Assembly (NCBI RefSeq): GCF_004010195.1
Contig: NC_057752.1
Coordinates: 11,178,211-11,215,903 of the forward strand
DNA length: 37,693 nucleotides
Source: Chiloscyllium plagiosum
Taxonomy: Eukaryota
Direction: 5' to 3'
Shown here: positions 11,300 through 23,849 of the stretch, one piece after another
Position numbering within the stretch: position 1 is the stretch's first letter
Layout: every line of letters begins with the position of its first letter
Notes under the pieces: model-generated
The model's input: the letters and a program-made list of their open reading frames with translations, nothing else
Database searches by the model: none
Told to the model about the DNA's origin: nothing
Translations under genes and position numbers: made by a program

Positions 11300-12372
11300 C
11301 AAAGTTAAGGTTTATGGAATGAAAGGAAATGTACTAATGTGTATGAAATTGGCCAAGTGACTGAAAACCGACAGTTGTGGTTAATGGATGCTCTTCAGAT
11401 GAGAGGAAGGTTTGCAGTGCACCTCCCCAGTGATTGACGTTCGGAGCCCTGCTCTTTTAATGACTCTTACCTTGGTGTACAGGGCATAATTTCAAAATCT
11501 GGGGATGATGTGACACTTGGAATTGTTGTGAACTGTGAGGAGGGTAGTGTTCAACTTGAAAAGGACATAGCTTGGCGGAATGGGCAGCCAAGTGGCAAAT
11601 GAAAGTTAATGCAGGGAAATGTGAAGTGATTATTTTGCTAGGATTGAAAATATAAAATAAATTATGTAATTCTAAAGGGGGTGCAGAAACAGAGGAATCT
11701 GGAAGTACATGTGCTCAAATCATTGAAGGTGACAAGCCAAGTTGAGAAAGGAGCTAATAAAGCATCCTAGGCTTTATCAACTGGGATATAGAGAGTATGT
11801 AAAAAAAAATCAAGGAAGTTATCTTATACTTGTATAAAAAACTGTTCATCTTCAACCAGAGTATTGTGTCCAGTTCTGGGTAGCACACTTCAGGAAGGAT
11901 GTAAAGGTGTTAGAAGGTGCAGAAGAAAACTTAAGAATGCTTTCAGACATAAGGGACTTCAGTTCTGGGATGGATTGGAGAAGCTAGGGCTATTTTCCTT
12001 GGAGAGGAAATTTGCTCGAGGTGCTGAAAATCCTAAGGGGTCTGGACAGAATGGACAGAGAGGAACCGTTCACACTCTTGGCAGGATTGTGAATGAGAGG
12101 ACACAGATATAAGATAATTGACAAAAGCAGCAATGATAATGTGAGGAAAAGGTTTTCACACAGCAAGTCATTAGGATCAGGAATGTACTGACAGGGAGAA
12201 TAGTTGAGGCAGATTCAATTGAAGCTTTTAAGACAGAATTGGATTAACCTCTGGAAAAGGAAGAATGTATAGAATTACAGGATAGTGGCACTAAGTGAAA
12301 TCCTCCTTCACAAAGCCATGATAGACACAATAGGCCAAGTGGCCTCCTCCAATACTGTAATATTTCTGTGAT
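11300..12372 (+). mobile_element. Old CR1 LINE 3' part
   Basis: Decayed PQ.., KCEVI, EYCVQFW, LEKLGLFSLE and RGHRYK motifs, followed by a 3' UTR. Confidence 0.75.
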
Positions 12373-13037
12373 TCTGAAACGGAGCTTTCTTCAGACCAGA
12401 TATCATTGTTCCAACAGAATCTTTGAGCAATTTCAGTGCCAATGAATATGTCACCATTTTTATCTTTAGCTACTTTTCTGGTAACATTTAAAATGTAAGT
12501 CAAGCAGGAACTATGCTTCCTAATAACCAAACTATCCACACGGCTGTAAGTGACAGTCCACCAGTTTCCCTACATAGACCTGAAACTTGTAGGCCGAAAA
12601 GTTATTACCTGTTTGCTTCCATTTCTTAATCATTGGGCCACACGAATCACTTTGCAATCCATAGGAGTCAACCTGAAACTTGTAAATGATGGAGCATATT
12701 GGCCAATGTACAACATCCCCCACTTGCCTTGACACTCAAAGTTCAGCAGCATTGGTTTAAAGTACTTTAATCTGAACTAAAACTAGTTCTGAAGTTACAT
12801 CAAGGTTGAAGCAATTTTAGCAATATGCCTAATATTGGGAGCCATACAATAAGCACTGACAGGCTGTTTCCATTTGAATGATGAATGTTGCGTAGTTAAG
12901 TCCTGTATTCACACATGTTGGTTTCAGCAGGGATCACCAGAAAGGTAGCAGGATTGGGAGCTCTCACTGGTTGCCATCTCCTACTTTTTATGAACACTGG
13001 AACCATCGATCAACCTTAACAAGTTGTAAACTCATGA

Positions 13038-14308
13038 ATTAGGAGCAGAAGGAAGGCATACTGCCAGTCAAGCCTACTTTGCCATTCAATACGATGCTGG
13101 CTAAGCTGTTTGTGTTCAAAATTCCACATTCTCGTCCACCCGCAATAACCTTTGATTCCCTTGCTGAACAAAAATCAACCCACCTCCACCTTAAGAGAGA
13201 GAATGATATTGCCTCTACCACCTTCTGAGGCAGAGTTCCAAGTGGCACCACATGGAAATCTCTGTCCTAAAGGGGCAATCCCTAATTTTTAAATAGTACT
13301 CCCTAGTTGTGGATTCTCCCTCAAGAGGAAACATTCTTTCAACTCCCACCTTGTCACTACCATTCAGGATCTTACTTCAACCAGGCCACCCCTCATTCTC
13401 TAAACTCAAGTAGAGATTAGTCCAGCATTCCTTAAAAGATAATTTGCTCGTTTCAGGTATCAACCTAGACTTTCTTTGACATGTTTACATGCTTCCTTAA
13501 CTAGGGAGACCTTCCTTAAATACTGCAGGCAGTATTTGAGATCTGGTCCCACCTGTATAACTGAAGCATGACATTCTTACTTTCATGGTCAGTTCCTCCT
13601 TTAATAAAGCTTTGCATCCCGTTGGCCTTAATTACTTATTGTACCTGCACACTAACGATGTGTTAATGCAGCAGAACACCTCCATCCTGCTGTACTTCGG
13701 AGTTTTGAAGTCATCTCTGTTCAAGTAATGCTTTGCTGTTTTGATTCTTCTTGCCAAGGTAAACAGCTTCACATTTTTCCACATGATATTCATCCCCAAG
13801 ATTTTTGTCCACTCAATCTAATTATATTGGTCTGAATCCTCCTTATGTCCTCTTGACAACATGCCTTTGTCCCCAAATGTTTATGGCATCTGCAAATTTA
13901 GCTACCATGCCTTCAATCCCTTCAGCTACGTCATTGATAAAAATTACAAGAAGCTGAGGTCCCAGCAAAGACCCATGTGGGATTCCACATGTCACATCTT
14001 GTCAATTAGACAAAAACCTATTTATTTCCGAGAGTGTGCTGGAAAAGCATAGCAGGTCAGGCAGCATCCGAGGTGCAGGAGAATCAATGTTTCGGGCCTA
14101 AGCCTTCTTCAGGAATTCAACCACCGTGCCACCGTTTTCTGCCAGCCAATCTTCTATCCATGCTGTGTTACCCTATACATCATGAGCTCTTGTTTTGTGT
14201 AATAACTTTTGTGGCATCTTATCAAATGCCTTATGGAAATCCAAGTACAGTACAACTAAAGGCTCCTCTTTAGCTATGAAGCATGTCACTCCTTCAAAGA
14301 ATGCCAAT
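13038..14308 (-). mobile_element. Old CR1 LINE 3' part; continues at about 15703-15870 beyond a younger CR1
   Basis: VLYLDFHKAFDKMP in ORF 14173-14367, KFAD near 13890, GTLPQKVVEA at the 3' end. Confidence 0.75.
14030..14116 (-). mobile_element. Penelope-like family A terminal fragment with decayed hammerhead
   Basis: Minus strand CTGAAGA-AGGC-TTAG-GCCC-GAAA-CATT; flank matches 25074-25168. Confidence 0.7.
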
Positions 14309-15700
14309 AGAGTCAAAGAGGTCCACAGTATGGAAATAGGCCCTTCAGCCCAACGTGCCCATGCCATCCAGTTTTCACAATTAATCTAGTCCCATTTGCC
14401 TGTGTTTGGTCCCTCCATACCTATCCCATACATGTATCTGTCTAAATGTTTCTTAAATGACAAAATTGTACTCACTTCCACCACTACCTCTGGCACCTGT
14501 TTCAGACACTCACCATTCTCTGTGTGAAAAAATTGCCCCTCTGGACCCTTCTGTATCTCTTCCCCTCTAAACTTAAACCAATGCCGTCTAGTTTTGGACA
14601 CCCCTACCCTGGGGAAAAGCTGATGGCTAGCTACCTTATCTATGCCTCTCATGATTTTATAGATGTCTATAAGGTCACCCCTCAGTCTCCTATGCACTAA
14701 GGAAAAAAGTCCCAGCCTATCCAACCTCTCCTTATAACTCAAATCGTCCAGTCCAAAAGTAGCACCCTAGTAAATCTTTTCTGCACTCTTTCTAGTTTAA
14801 TAATATATTTTCTATAGTAAGGTAACTATGATAATTCTAGAGCTGCATGCAGTACTCCAAATGTGGCCTCACCAACATCTTGGACAGCTGTAACAAGATA
14901 TCCCAACTCCTAAACTCAGTGCTCTGACCAATAAGAGAAAGTATGCTGAAAGCCTTCTTCACCACCCTGTCTACCTGTGACTTCACTTTCAAGGAGCTAT
15001 GAACCTGTACCCCCAGATTTCTTGCTTTTCTATAACACTCCCCAGGGCCCTATCATTGACTGTATTAGTCCTGCCCTAGTCTGATCTCCCAAAATGCAAC
15101 ACTTTGCCTTTAACTAAATTAAACTCCATCTGCCATTCCTCAGCCCACTGGCCCAGTTGATCAAGATCATATCAATCATGGATCATAGAATCCCAACAGT
15201 GTGGAAACAAGCCCTTTTCGCTGCTTTCCTGGATAACCACCTTCACTGTCCACTGTGCCACCAATCTTGGTGTCATCCACAAACTTACTAACCATATCTT
15301 CTTAATTCTCATCCAAATCCCTTATATAAATGATGAATAACAGTGGATCCAGCACTGATCCCTGTGGCACACTGCTGGTCACAGGCCTCCAGTCTGAACA
15401 ACAACCCTCTACAACCACCTTCTGTCTTATAACGTCAAGCCAAATTTGTATCCAATTAGCTAGCTCTCCCTGGATCTCTTGAGATTTAACCTTACTCAAC
15501 AACCTACCATGCGGTACCTTGTCAAAAGCCTAGCTAAAGTTCTGTAGAAACACCTACCGCATTGTCCTCATCTATTTTCTTGGTCACCTCTTCAAAAAAC
15601 TCAAATTCATGAGACATGATTTCTCACACACAAAGCCATGCTGACTATCCCAAATGAGCCCTTGTCTGTCCAATTGCCTGTAGGTCCTGTCTCTCAGAAT
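14309..15700 (-). mobile_element. CR1 (HER1-like) LINE, 5'-truncated, nested in an older CR1
   Basis: ORFs 14386-14742 (RLGLFSL...RLRGDLI) and 15302-15502 ([23 protein letters not shown]). Confidence 0.88.
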
Positions 15701-16253
15701 CTAAAATTGGTTAAACATAGATTGCCTTTCACAAACCATGTTGACTGTTCCCTACTGCCTTCAATTCTTTGAAGTGACCAGCCATAATCTCCTTAATGAT
15801 TAGTTCTAATACCTCCACGACAGAAATCAAGCTGACAGACCAAGAGTTTCCTGTTTTCTGCCTCACTCTCTCCCTTTACCTGTTCCTGGCAAATTAGGGC
15901 TAACAGTATAGAAACCAGAGATCAAACCTAGATTCATCCAAATCTTTGTACTCACACTGTGTTATGTTTAAAAACAATACTGCCAATTAAATCATAGTTT
16001 ACATGTTTAACATTTGAAATTGATACCGCTTGCTTTTTTTAAATAGGTATATCACAGACAAAATGTTCAGTGTGTGTCATGTCTTTAAGTTTGAAGAAAA
16101 ACCCGTATTTCGGTTCCACGGAGAATCCGCATTTATCCTTCAGTATCTCAAAAGCCATACTGGCCTTTGAAAATAAAATGGAACCACGAGACAAGGAACA
16201 GTAACTGAGGATCAAGATGCAGCTTTACTGTTTGATTCTTCATCTGCTTGCAG

Positions 16254-16461
16254 GCCACTGTGATGACTGGGCAAGAAATCATCAAAGTTTCATTAAGGAA
16301 AGCAGAGGTCTCATCTAAAGCAGCGGGTGATGTGGAGCCTCGAGGAATTGTTCTCCCTGCAGCAGTAGTGGGTGAGGAAAACAACGAACACAACGTTTCC
16401 ACTGAGGCATCGAGGGTTCCCAGAACTTCTATGGAGAAGAACCACCACTGTGGGTCGACTG
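16254..16461 (+). CDS. POU6F1: POU class VI transcription factor, coding exon A (ATVMTGQEIIKV...HHCGST); alternative in-frame donors after 16371 and 16515
   Basis: Acceptor TTCTTCATCTGCTTGCAG, phase 0. ATVMTGQEIIKV resembles POU6F1 VIVMSGHETIRV. Phase-1 donor CTG/GTGAGC fits the next exon. The 3' boundary is uncertain. Confidence 0.7.
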
Positions 16462-16702
16462 GTGAGCAGAGTCTTTTTGTTAAAAACTCTTTGATCTGCA
16501 GGACGACGTGGGAAGGTGAGTGAAGTAGAAGATTAGCCCATGATCTGGTTGTATAGCAGTGTAGGCTGGAGGGGCTGAATGGCTTACTTCTGCTTGTGTT
16601 ATGTGTACATTTGTGAGCTGCATTAGAATCCCAGTAACATTTCTGTTCCATTTGTTGAGAACACAGCAGCATCAAGAAGTGGGGGAAAGTGTCAATAGAC
16701 AG

Positions 16703-16832
16703 CTCTTTTTCTCTCTCTTTTCTTTCTCTCTTGTTCTCTCGTTCTTTCTCTCGTTCTCTCGCTCTTTCTCTCTTTCTCTCTCTCTTTTTCTTTTTCTCTC
16801 TCTCTTTCTCTCTCTCTCACTTTCTCTTTCTC
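16703..16832. repeat. (CT)n/(CTTT)n polypyrimidine microsatellite
   Basis: About 130 nt of almost only C/T. Confidence 0.95.
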
Positions 16833-18073
16833 AGAGTAAAACTCAAGTCAGCAAATACCCAAGCAATTATCTCTCCAGATAGCTTGCAGGTAATTCAGCT
16901 ACAATCACATTATTGTAAATATTCGTTTGAACTCATTGTTCAAATGACTTTATGAAATTTACAAAATTAAAATACCAGAGATTTACAGAACACAATATAA
17001 AATCAATTTCTCCCCCTCTCTCTCCCCCTCTCTCTCTTTCTCCCACCAGTTGCTGTTGTTTTTAACCAATAAGTCAGACTTCTTCATTTGTGAACGAAAC
17101 ATTCTGTGCCTCCAATGAAGAAGTGAAAGAGCCCAGAGGAAATGTTTGAAGAACTGAATGACTTAGGAAACAAATGGAATCCCTCCATCGAACCTTGAGG
17201 AATGGTGCCATTAGACTGTGTTTCCCCGGTATTTTGTTTTCCTCCATCCATAGCAACAGTTTTGTATATGGATGTGTATTTTGGAGGGGTGTGTTTAGAA
17301 AGGGCTTAGAGTTTTAACTAGTAGGGTTACATGTCGTCAGGGTTTTACTGTGGTTACAAAATAATTATTTATAATAAATAGTAGTTCTTGTTAAGTACAG
17401 AAACCTGGTATGTGTTTTCACTTCAAGCACTCCCCAGTCATAGCAAATTCCATGTTCTCAGCACTCTGTCAAATGCCACCTTGATGACAAGGGCTGTCAC
17501 TGTCGCTTCATCTCTGGAATTCAGCTCTTTTGTCCATGTTCAAACCAAAACCACCCATCCCATGGCCTCAGGAGGGAATGTGGCTCAATCAATTGGATCC
17601 TGAGACCCTGCAAAATTGATCTACTTTATAGAAATCAAGGAACCCCTTCAGTGAGCGTGCAAGCAGGCAGGAGGAGCCTGTACAAAGTATTTAAAGTTGC
17701 TTCATTACTGTACATCTAGTCAATAATGTCTTCAAAAATAAGGCATCAGCATTGTTATCCCCTTTCTGAATTCATGGGTACTATCTCCAAACAAATCATA
17801 TTCTCTCAAAGGTTTGACTTCAAAGGTTTTCCCTGCTAATGATATAAAACTGATTTATCATTTCCAGCTGTTCTATTATTACATTTTTTTCTAGATCACA
17901 GATCTCTGTGTGATGCATGGGAATGCCAAGGTTTAGTATGGAAAGCAGAAGAGTTACAAAAGTAGCACAACGTTCCAATTGGGGAATCAAAATTACATTC
18001 GATGACATACTCTACCCATAAGTAATCCATTTTTAAAGCCATGTTAATTTCCTCGTTCATCTATACATTTCAG

Positions 18074-18189
18074 AACACGTGGAGACAACACCACCATCTG
18101 ATCCAACGCCAGTGACTGAAGGGCAAGCAGAACAGCTCCATCTTCAACCACAGCAGGCTTTGCCGATCTCAGCACCCACAGTCTCTCAG
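18074..18189 (+). CDS. POU6F1: POU6 coding exon B ((E)HVETTPPSDPTPVTEGQAEQLHLQPQQALPISAPTVSQ)
   Basis: Acceptor CTATACATTTCAG, donor CAG/GTAACT. 116 nt, phase 1 to 0, open frame, P/Q/T-rich like the matching POU6F1 segment. Not in the ORF track. Confidence 0.8.
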
Positions 18190-18382
18190 GTAACTCAGTC
18201 AGTAGAAAGTTGCTATTATTTGTATAGATTTCATACTCTGTAATATATGATTCTCACTGGATTTCTCCCATTTGATTCAGGCTTGCATTTGAAAACGACA
18301 TGATGATTGTTTGTATAATCTATTACATATTCTTTTCATGGACAGTGAGCATCGCTGGCAAGGCCAACACTTGTTGCTCATT

Positions 18383-18705
18383 GGGCAGCATGGTGGCTCA
18401 GTGGTTAGCACTGCTGCCTCACAGTGCCAGAGACCTGGGTTCAATTCCAGCCTCTGGCGACTGTGTGAGGTTTGCACAGTCACCCCGTGTCTGTGTGGGT
18501 TTCCTCCAGGTGCCCTGGTTTCCTCCCACAATCCAAAGATGTGTAGGTCAGGTGAATTGGCCATGCTAAATTGCCCATAGTGTTAAGTGCATTAGTCAGG
18601 GGTAAATATAGGTGAGGGAAATGGCCTGGATGGGTTGGTCATCGGAGAGTTAGTGTGGGCTTGTTGGGTCAAATGGCCTGTTTCCACACTATAAGGTTTC
18701 TAATC
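18383..18705 (+). mobile_element. HE1-type SINE
   Basis: GGCAGCATGGTGGCTCAGTGGTTAGC head, GGTTCAATTCC B box, HE1 core and tail. Confidence 0.88.
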
Positions 18706-18761
18706 ATTCTTCCACTCATAACCAAACTATCTACTTATTGTACAAATTCGAACATTTTTAA

Positions 18762-21700
18762 GCAGGGGTACGTCGGGTTTTAAGAGATCGATTGTGTTAG
18801 GGAACTCTCTAGTCCGAGGCACAGACAGACGTTTCTGTGGCCAGCAGCGAAAAATCAGAATGGTGTGTTGCTTTCCTGGTGCCAGGATCAAGGATGTCTC
18901 AGAGAGGGTGCAGAATGTTCTCAAGGGGGAGAGGGCCCAACAGGAGGTCATTGTCCACATTGGAACCAATGACAGAGGAAGGAAAAAGGATGAGATTCTG
19001 AAGGGAGAAAATAGAAATTTAGGCAGGACTTTAAAAAGGAGGTCCTTGAGAGTAGTAATATCTGGATTACTCCCGGTGCTACGAGCTAGTGAGGGCAGGA
19101 ATAGGAGGACAGAGCAGATGAATGCATGGCTGAGGAGCTGGTTTATGGGAGAAGGATTCACATTTTTGGATCATTGGAACCTCTTTTAGGGTAGAAGTGA
19201 CCTGTACAAGAAGGACGGATTGCACCTAAATTGGAAGGGGACTAATATACTGGCAGGGAGATTTGCTAGAACTGCTTGGGAGGATTTAAACTGGTATGGT
19301 GTGGGTGGGGTGGGACCCAGGGAGATAGTGAGGAAATATTTCAATCTGAGACTGGTACAGTTGAGAACAGAAGCGGAGTCAAACAGTCAGGGCAGGCAGG
19401 GGCAAAGCAGAGAACAAGGTAGGACTGATAAACTGCATTTATTTCAATGCAAGGGGCCTAACAGGGAAGGCAGATGGACTCAGGGCATGGTTAGGAACAT
19501 GGGACTGGGATATCATAGCAATTACAGAAACATGGCTCAGGGATGGACAGGACTGGCAGCTTAATGTTCCAGGATACAAATACTACAGGAAGGATAGAAA
19601 GGGAGGCAAGAGAGGAGGGGGAGTGGCATTTTTGATAAGGGATAGCTCCACAGCTGTACTGAGGGAGAATGTTCCCAGAAATACATCCAGGGAAGTTATT
19701 TGGGTGGAACTGAGAAATAAGAAAGGGATGATCACCTTATTGGGATTGTATTATAGACCCCCTGATAGTCGGGGGGAAATTGAGAAACAAACTTGTAAGG
19801 AGATCTCAGCTATCTGGAAGAATACTAAGGTGGGTTATGGTAGGGGATTTTAACTTTCCAAACATAGACTGGGACTGCCATAGTGTTAAAGGTTTAGATG
19901 GAGAGGAATTTGTTAAGAGTTTACAAGAACATTTTCTGATTCAATATGTGGATGTACCTTCTAGAGAAAGTGCAAAACTTGACCTACTCTTGGGAAATAA
20001 GGCAGGGCAGGTGACTGAGGTGTTAGTAGGGGAGCACTTTGGGGCCAGCGACCATAATTCTATTAGTTTTAAAATAGTGATGGAAAAGGATGAAATGAGA
20101 TAGCAAGAATCCAGAGAAAGTATATTCCTGTCAGGGTGAAAGGAAAGGCTGGTAGGTATAGGGAATGCTGGATGACTAAAGAAATTGAGGGTTTGGTTAA
20201 GAAAAAGAAGGAAGCATATGTCAGGGTACATACAGAATAGATCGAGTGATTTCTTAGAAGAGTATAAAAGTATACTTAAGAGGGAAATCAGGAGGGCAAA
20301 AAGGGGACATGAGATAGCTTTGGCAAATAGAGTTAAGGAGAATCCAAAGGTGTTTCTACAAATACTATGAGGACAAAAGGGTAACTAGGGAGAGAATAGG
20401 GCCCCTCAAAGATCAGCAAGGCGGCCTTTGTGTGGAGCAGCAGGAGATGGGGGAATTACTGAACGAGTATTTTGCATCAGTATTTATGTGGAAAAGGACA
20501 TGGAAGATATGGAATGTAGGAAAATAGTTAGTGACACCTTGAAAAACGTCCATATTACAGAGGAGAAAGTGCTTGAAAAGCATACAAGTGGATAAATCCC
20601 CAAGATCTGATCAGGTATACCCTAGACCTCTGTGGGAAGCTAGGGAAGTGATTGCTGGGCCTCTTGCTGAGATATTTGTATCATCGATAGTCACAGGTGA
20701 GATGCCGGAAGACTGGAGGTCGGCTAACGTAGTGCCACCGTTTAAGAAAGGTGGTAAGGACAAGCCAGGGAACTACAGACCAGTGAGCCTGATGTTGGTG
20801 GTGGGCAAGTTGTTGGAGGGAATCCTGAGGGACAGGGTGTACATGTATTTGGAAAGGCAAGGACTGATTAGGAATAGTCAACATGACTTTGTGTGTGGGA
20901 CATCATGTCTCACAAACTTGATTTAGTTTTTTGAAGAAGTAACAAAGAGGATTGATGAGGGCAGAGCAGTAGACGTGATCTATGTGGACTTCAGTAAGGT
21001 GTTCGACAACCATAGGAGACTGGTTAGCAAGGTTAGATACAGGGAGGACTAGCCATTTGGATACAGAACTGGCTCAAAGGTAGTAGACAGAGGGTGGTGG
21101 TGGAGGGTAGTTTTTCAGACTGGAGGCCTGTGACTAGTGGAGTGCCACAAGGATCAGTGCTGGGTCCTCTACTTTTCATCATTTATGTAAATGATTTGGA
21201 TGCAAGCGTAAGAGGTACAATTAGTAAGTTTGCAGATGACACCAAAATTGGAGGTGTAGTGGACAGTGAAGAAGGTTACCTCAGATTACAACGGGATCTT
21301 GATCAGATGAGCCAATGGGCTGAGGAGTGGCAGATGGAGTTTAATTCAGATAAATGCGAGGTGCTGCATTTTGGGAAAGCAAATCTTAGCAGGACTTATA
21401 CATTTAATGGTAAGGTCCTAGGGAGTGTTGCTGATCAAAGAGACCTTGGAGTGCAGTTTCATAGCNNNNNNNNNNNNNNNNNNNNNNNNNNNNNNNNNNN
21501 NNNNNNNNNNNNNNNNNNNNNNNNNNNNNNNNNNNNNNNNNNNNNNNNNNNNNNNNNNNNNNNNNNNNNNNNNNNNNNNNNNNNNNNNNNNNNNNNNNNN
21601 NNNNNNNNNAGGTCTTTTCCCTGGGGTCGGGGAGTCCAGAACTAGAGGGCATAGGTTTAGGGTGAGAGAGGAAAGATATAAAAGAGACCTAAGGGCAACT

Positions 21701-21927
21701 TTTTCACACAGAGGGTGGTACGTGTATGGAATGAGGTGCCAGAGGAAGTGGTGGAGGCTGGTACAATTGCAATGTTTAAGAGGCATCTGGATGGGTATAT
21801 GAATAGGAAGGGTTTTGAGGGATATGGGCCAGGTGCTGGCAGGTGGGACTAGATTAGGTTGGGATACCTGGTCGGCATGGACGGGTTGGACCGAAGGGTC
21901 TGTTTCCGTGCTTTACATCTCTATGAC
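18762..21927 (+). mobile_element. Long CR1 (HER1-like) LINE: ORF1 esterase C-terminal part plus disrupted ORF2 (APE endonuclease, RT) and 3' tail
   Basis: SGNH-like blocks LGNSLVR, PGA, VHIGTND, DGLH. Endonuclease motifs ITETW, YYRPP, GDFNFP, LDLLL, SDH. RT motifs PGNYRPVSL, GVPQGSVLGP, KFADD. Several stops and frameshifts. Confidence 0.95.
21466..21609. other. Assembly gap (144 N)
   Basis: Run of N inside the CR1. Confidence 1.
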
Positions 21928-22820
21928 ACAGGAAAAGTGTGAACCTGTTAACCCAAAACACTCCTTCATAAATTGAAGAGAAACAAAACAGCTTTTGTAT
22001 CATACCCAAAACACCACTTGTTCTACGCTAACCCTAGAGTTCCTGTATCTAATACCTCCATCGGTTTAAGTCACTTGTGACTTCAACTATTGGACTTGAA
22101 CTGTAGATAGCTTCTTCTGGGAACTATTTTGCACTTGCTTAAATGTATTTGCTTTTAGTAACCTCTTCAAAATTTTTTCCCAGCACTTCTCTTCTGGGAT
22201 TAACACTGACCGTTTCACACTAAAGGTACCTAGTTCACGAACTATCCTTCCTTTCTCAGGAGCACTGGTCTACACTGCCAGCTTATCCCAGGGCTGCTCT
22301 AACCTCAAAGTAAAACTAAAATCAAAAGCCTCCCTCTCGAGGTTATTGTGTTTCCCTTCTGCTTAAAAAACATTCCAGATGTCTTTAACAAATCTCGAGG
22401 CTCCATTATTTACCTTGCAGGGTTGCAAGACATTCTGAAATAAACAAAAAATCCACACAAGCCCATTCACTCTCAAGCCAGGCCCCTGTTTTAAAAGAAA
22501 TCACCATGGTGACAGAAATGCTTATAAATCAATGATTAAGTTCAGATGCATAGAAAACCCACAGGTTGCTAAGTCAAAAAACCAGAAGACTATATGTAAA
22601 TAAATGATATTTAATTAGTATAAATACCGCAGTTTACATCCCAATTGATAGAGCACATTGGGAATAAATACTGTCTGTTTTCTGTCCATCAGTTCTCAAA
22701 ATACACCAACATATTCCCCTAAATGTCATGTGCTCTAATTTAGTTTACCAAGCTTTTGGTGTGGGGCTTTATGCAGGCACATGTGAACTCCTAGTCCTTG
22801 AGATACATTTCTTTCTGCAG

Positions 22821-23040
22821 ATCTTGCCTTCGGAAAACCTGGCGACCGTGGTCATGGCTTCAACAGGTAGTGTCCCATTGAACCAACCTCTTCTCATCCC
22901 GCTCAACATGGCTGGTCAAGTTACTGCCCAGCAGGGACTCGTGTTGACTATTCCTACAGCATCCCTTGCTTCTCTCCCAAGCCTTACCTCTGCCACTGGG
23001 GCAGGAGGCATCCTCAAGCTCCCTCTGGCAAACTTGCAGG
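22821..23040 (+). CDS. POU6F1: POU6 coding exon C (ILPSENLATV...QPLLIPLNMAGQVTAQQGLVLTIPTA...GGILKLPLANLQ)
   Basis: Acceptor TTTCTTTCTGCAG, donor AGG/GTAAGC, 220 nt, phase 0 to 1. Strong match to POU6F1 ENLATV..QPLLIPISIAGQVAGQQGL. Confidence 0.93.
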
Positions 23041-23849
23041 GTAAGCCATGCATGGACACAATACTGTTTTGCTGAATGAGTTCTTTTATAAAATAAGTGC
23101 ATTTATTTTGGCATACATTATTGCATATGTCAAGTGCTATGTCAATTACACCCAAAAATGTACATGTTTTGTGATTAAAATTATATCTGTAGTTGTGGAA
23201 AATAAGGGGAGATTTTCATCTACGAGTGCCTTGCAACTGATGAGAGAAAGCGGCTGCCCATCTCTGTGGTCCCCTGAGCAATTTGCACAACTAGGGGATA
23301 TTCGATATCCAAGCCTCTCAAATGACTGGGCTGTGTGTCTAACCATTGGACTGGAAATCTCCACCTCACTTCGATTTGGAATTCCCACTATCTGATCCTC
23401 CCAGCTACTACTGCAGACCCACAACTACAAGGTCAGGAGTGCTCCACCTCACTCAGAGTGTTGGCTGCTAAACATTTGCTTGTTGTGTACATAATCCTTA
23501 GACCCTGCAGGTCCTCTGGTCCATGGGACGTCAAGATAATGGCACCAATTTTCATCAAGTGCAGGAGCTGAGAATGCTCCTCCTGCCTTAGTTACGTTTG
23601 CGAGACATGTGTCTATTACAAACCATTAGGGAGGTTTCCAGAAATTCCATGGGTAGTGCATTGAGTTCAGAGACCTGATGTTCCAGGTCTCTCCTACTTT
23701 CTTCCCACTTCTCCGAATCTTTGGGGAATGTGATTCCCCAAGCGCACAGCAAATGAGGATCTCGGCACTAAGTCCGGAGTGAAAAAAGGCCTTTTTAACT
23801 CATCAATCCTGCTCAATCCTTGTTCACGTGATAATTTTAAAGTCATTCC

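Noticed and set aside
12560..12690. Short direct repeat ACCTGAAACTTGTA
   Set aside because: Two copies only, with no associated structure.
16047..16253. Upstream AG at 16045-16046 and ATG GAA CCA (MEPRDKEQ) as a start exon
   Set aside because: The frames hit stops, there is an in-frame TGA at 16233-16235, and the implied ~50-nt intron has the wrong phase. It could still be 5' UTR.
16148..16675. 175-aa minus-strand ORF
   Set aside because: Antisense shadow of exon A with no recognisable domain.
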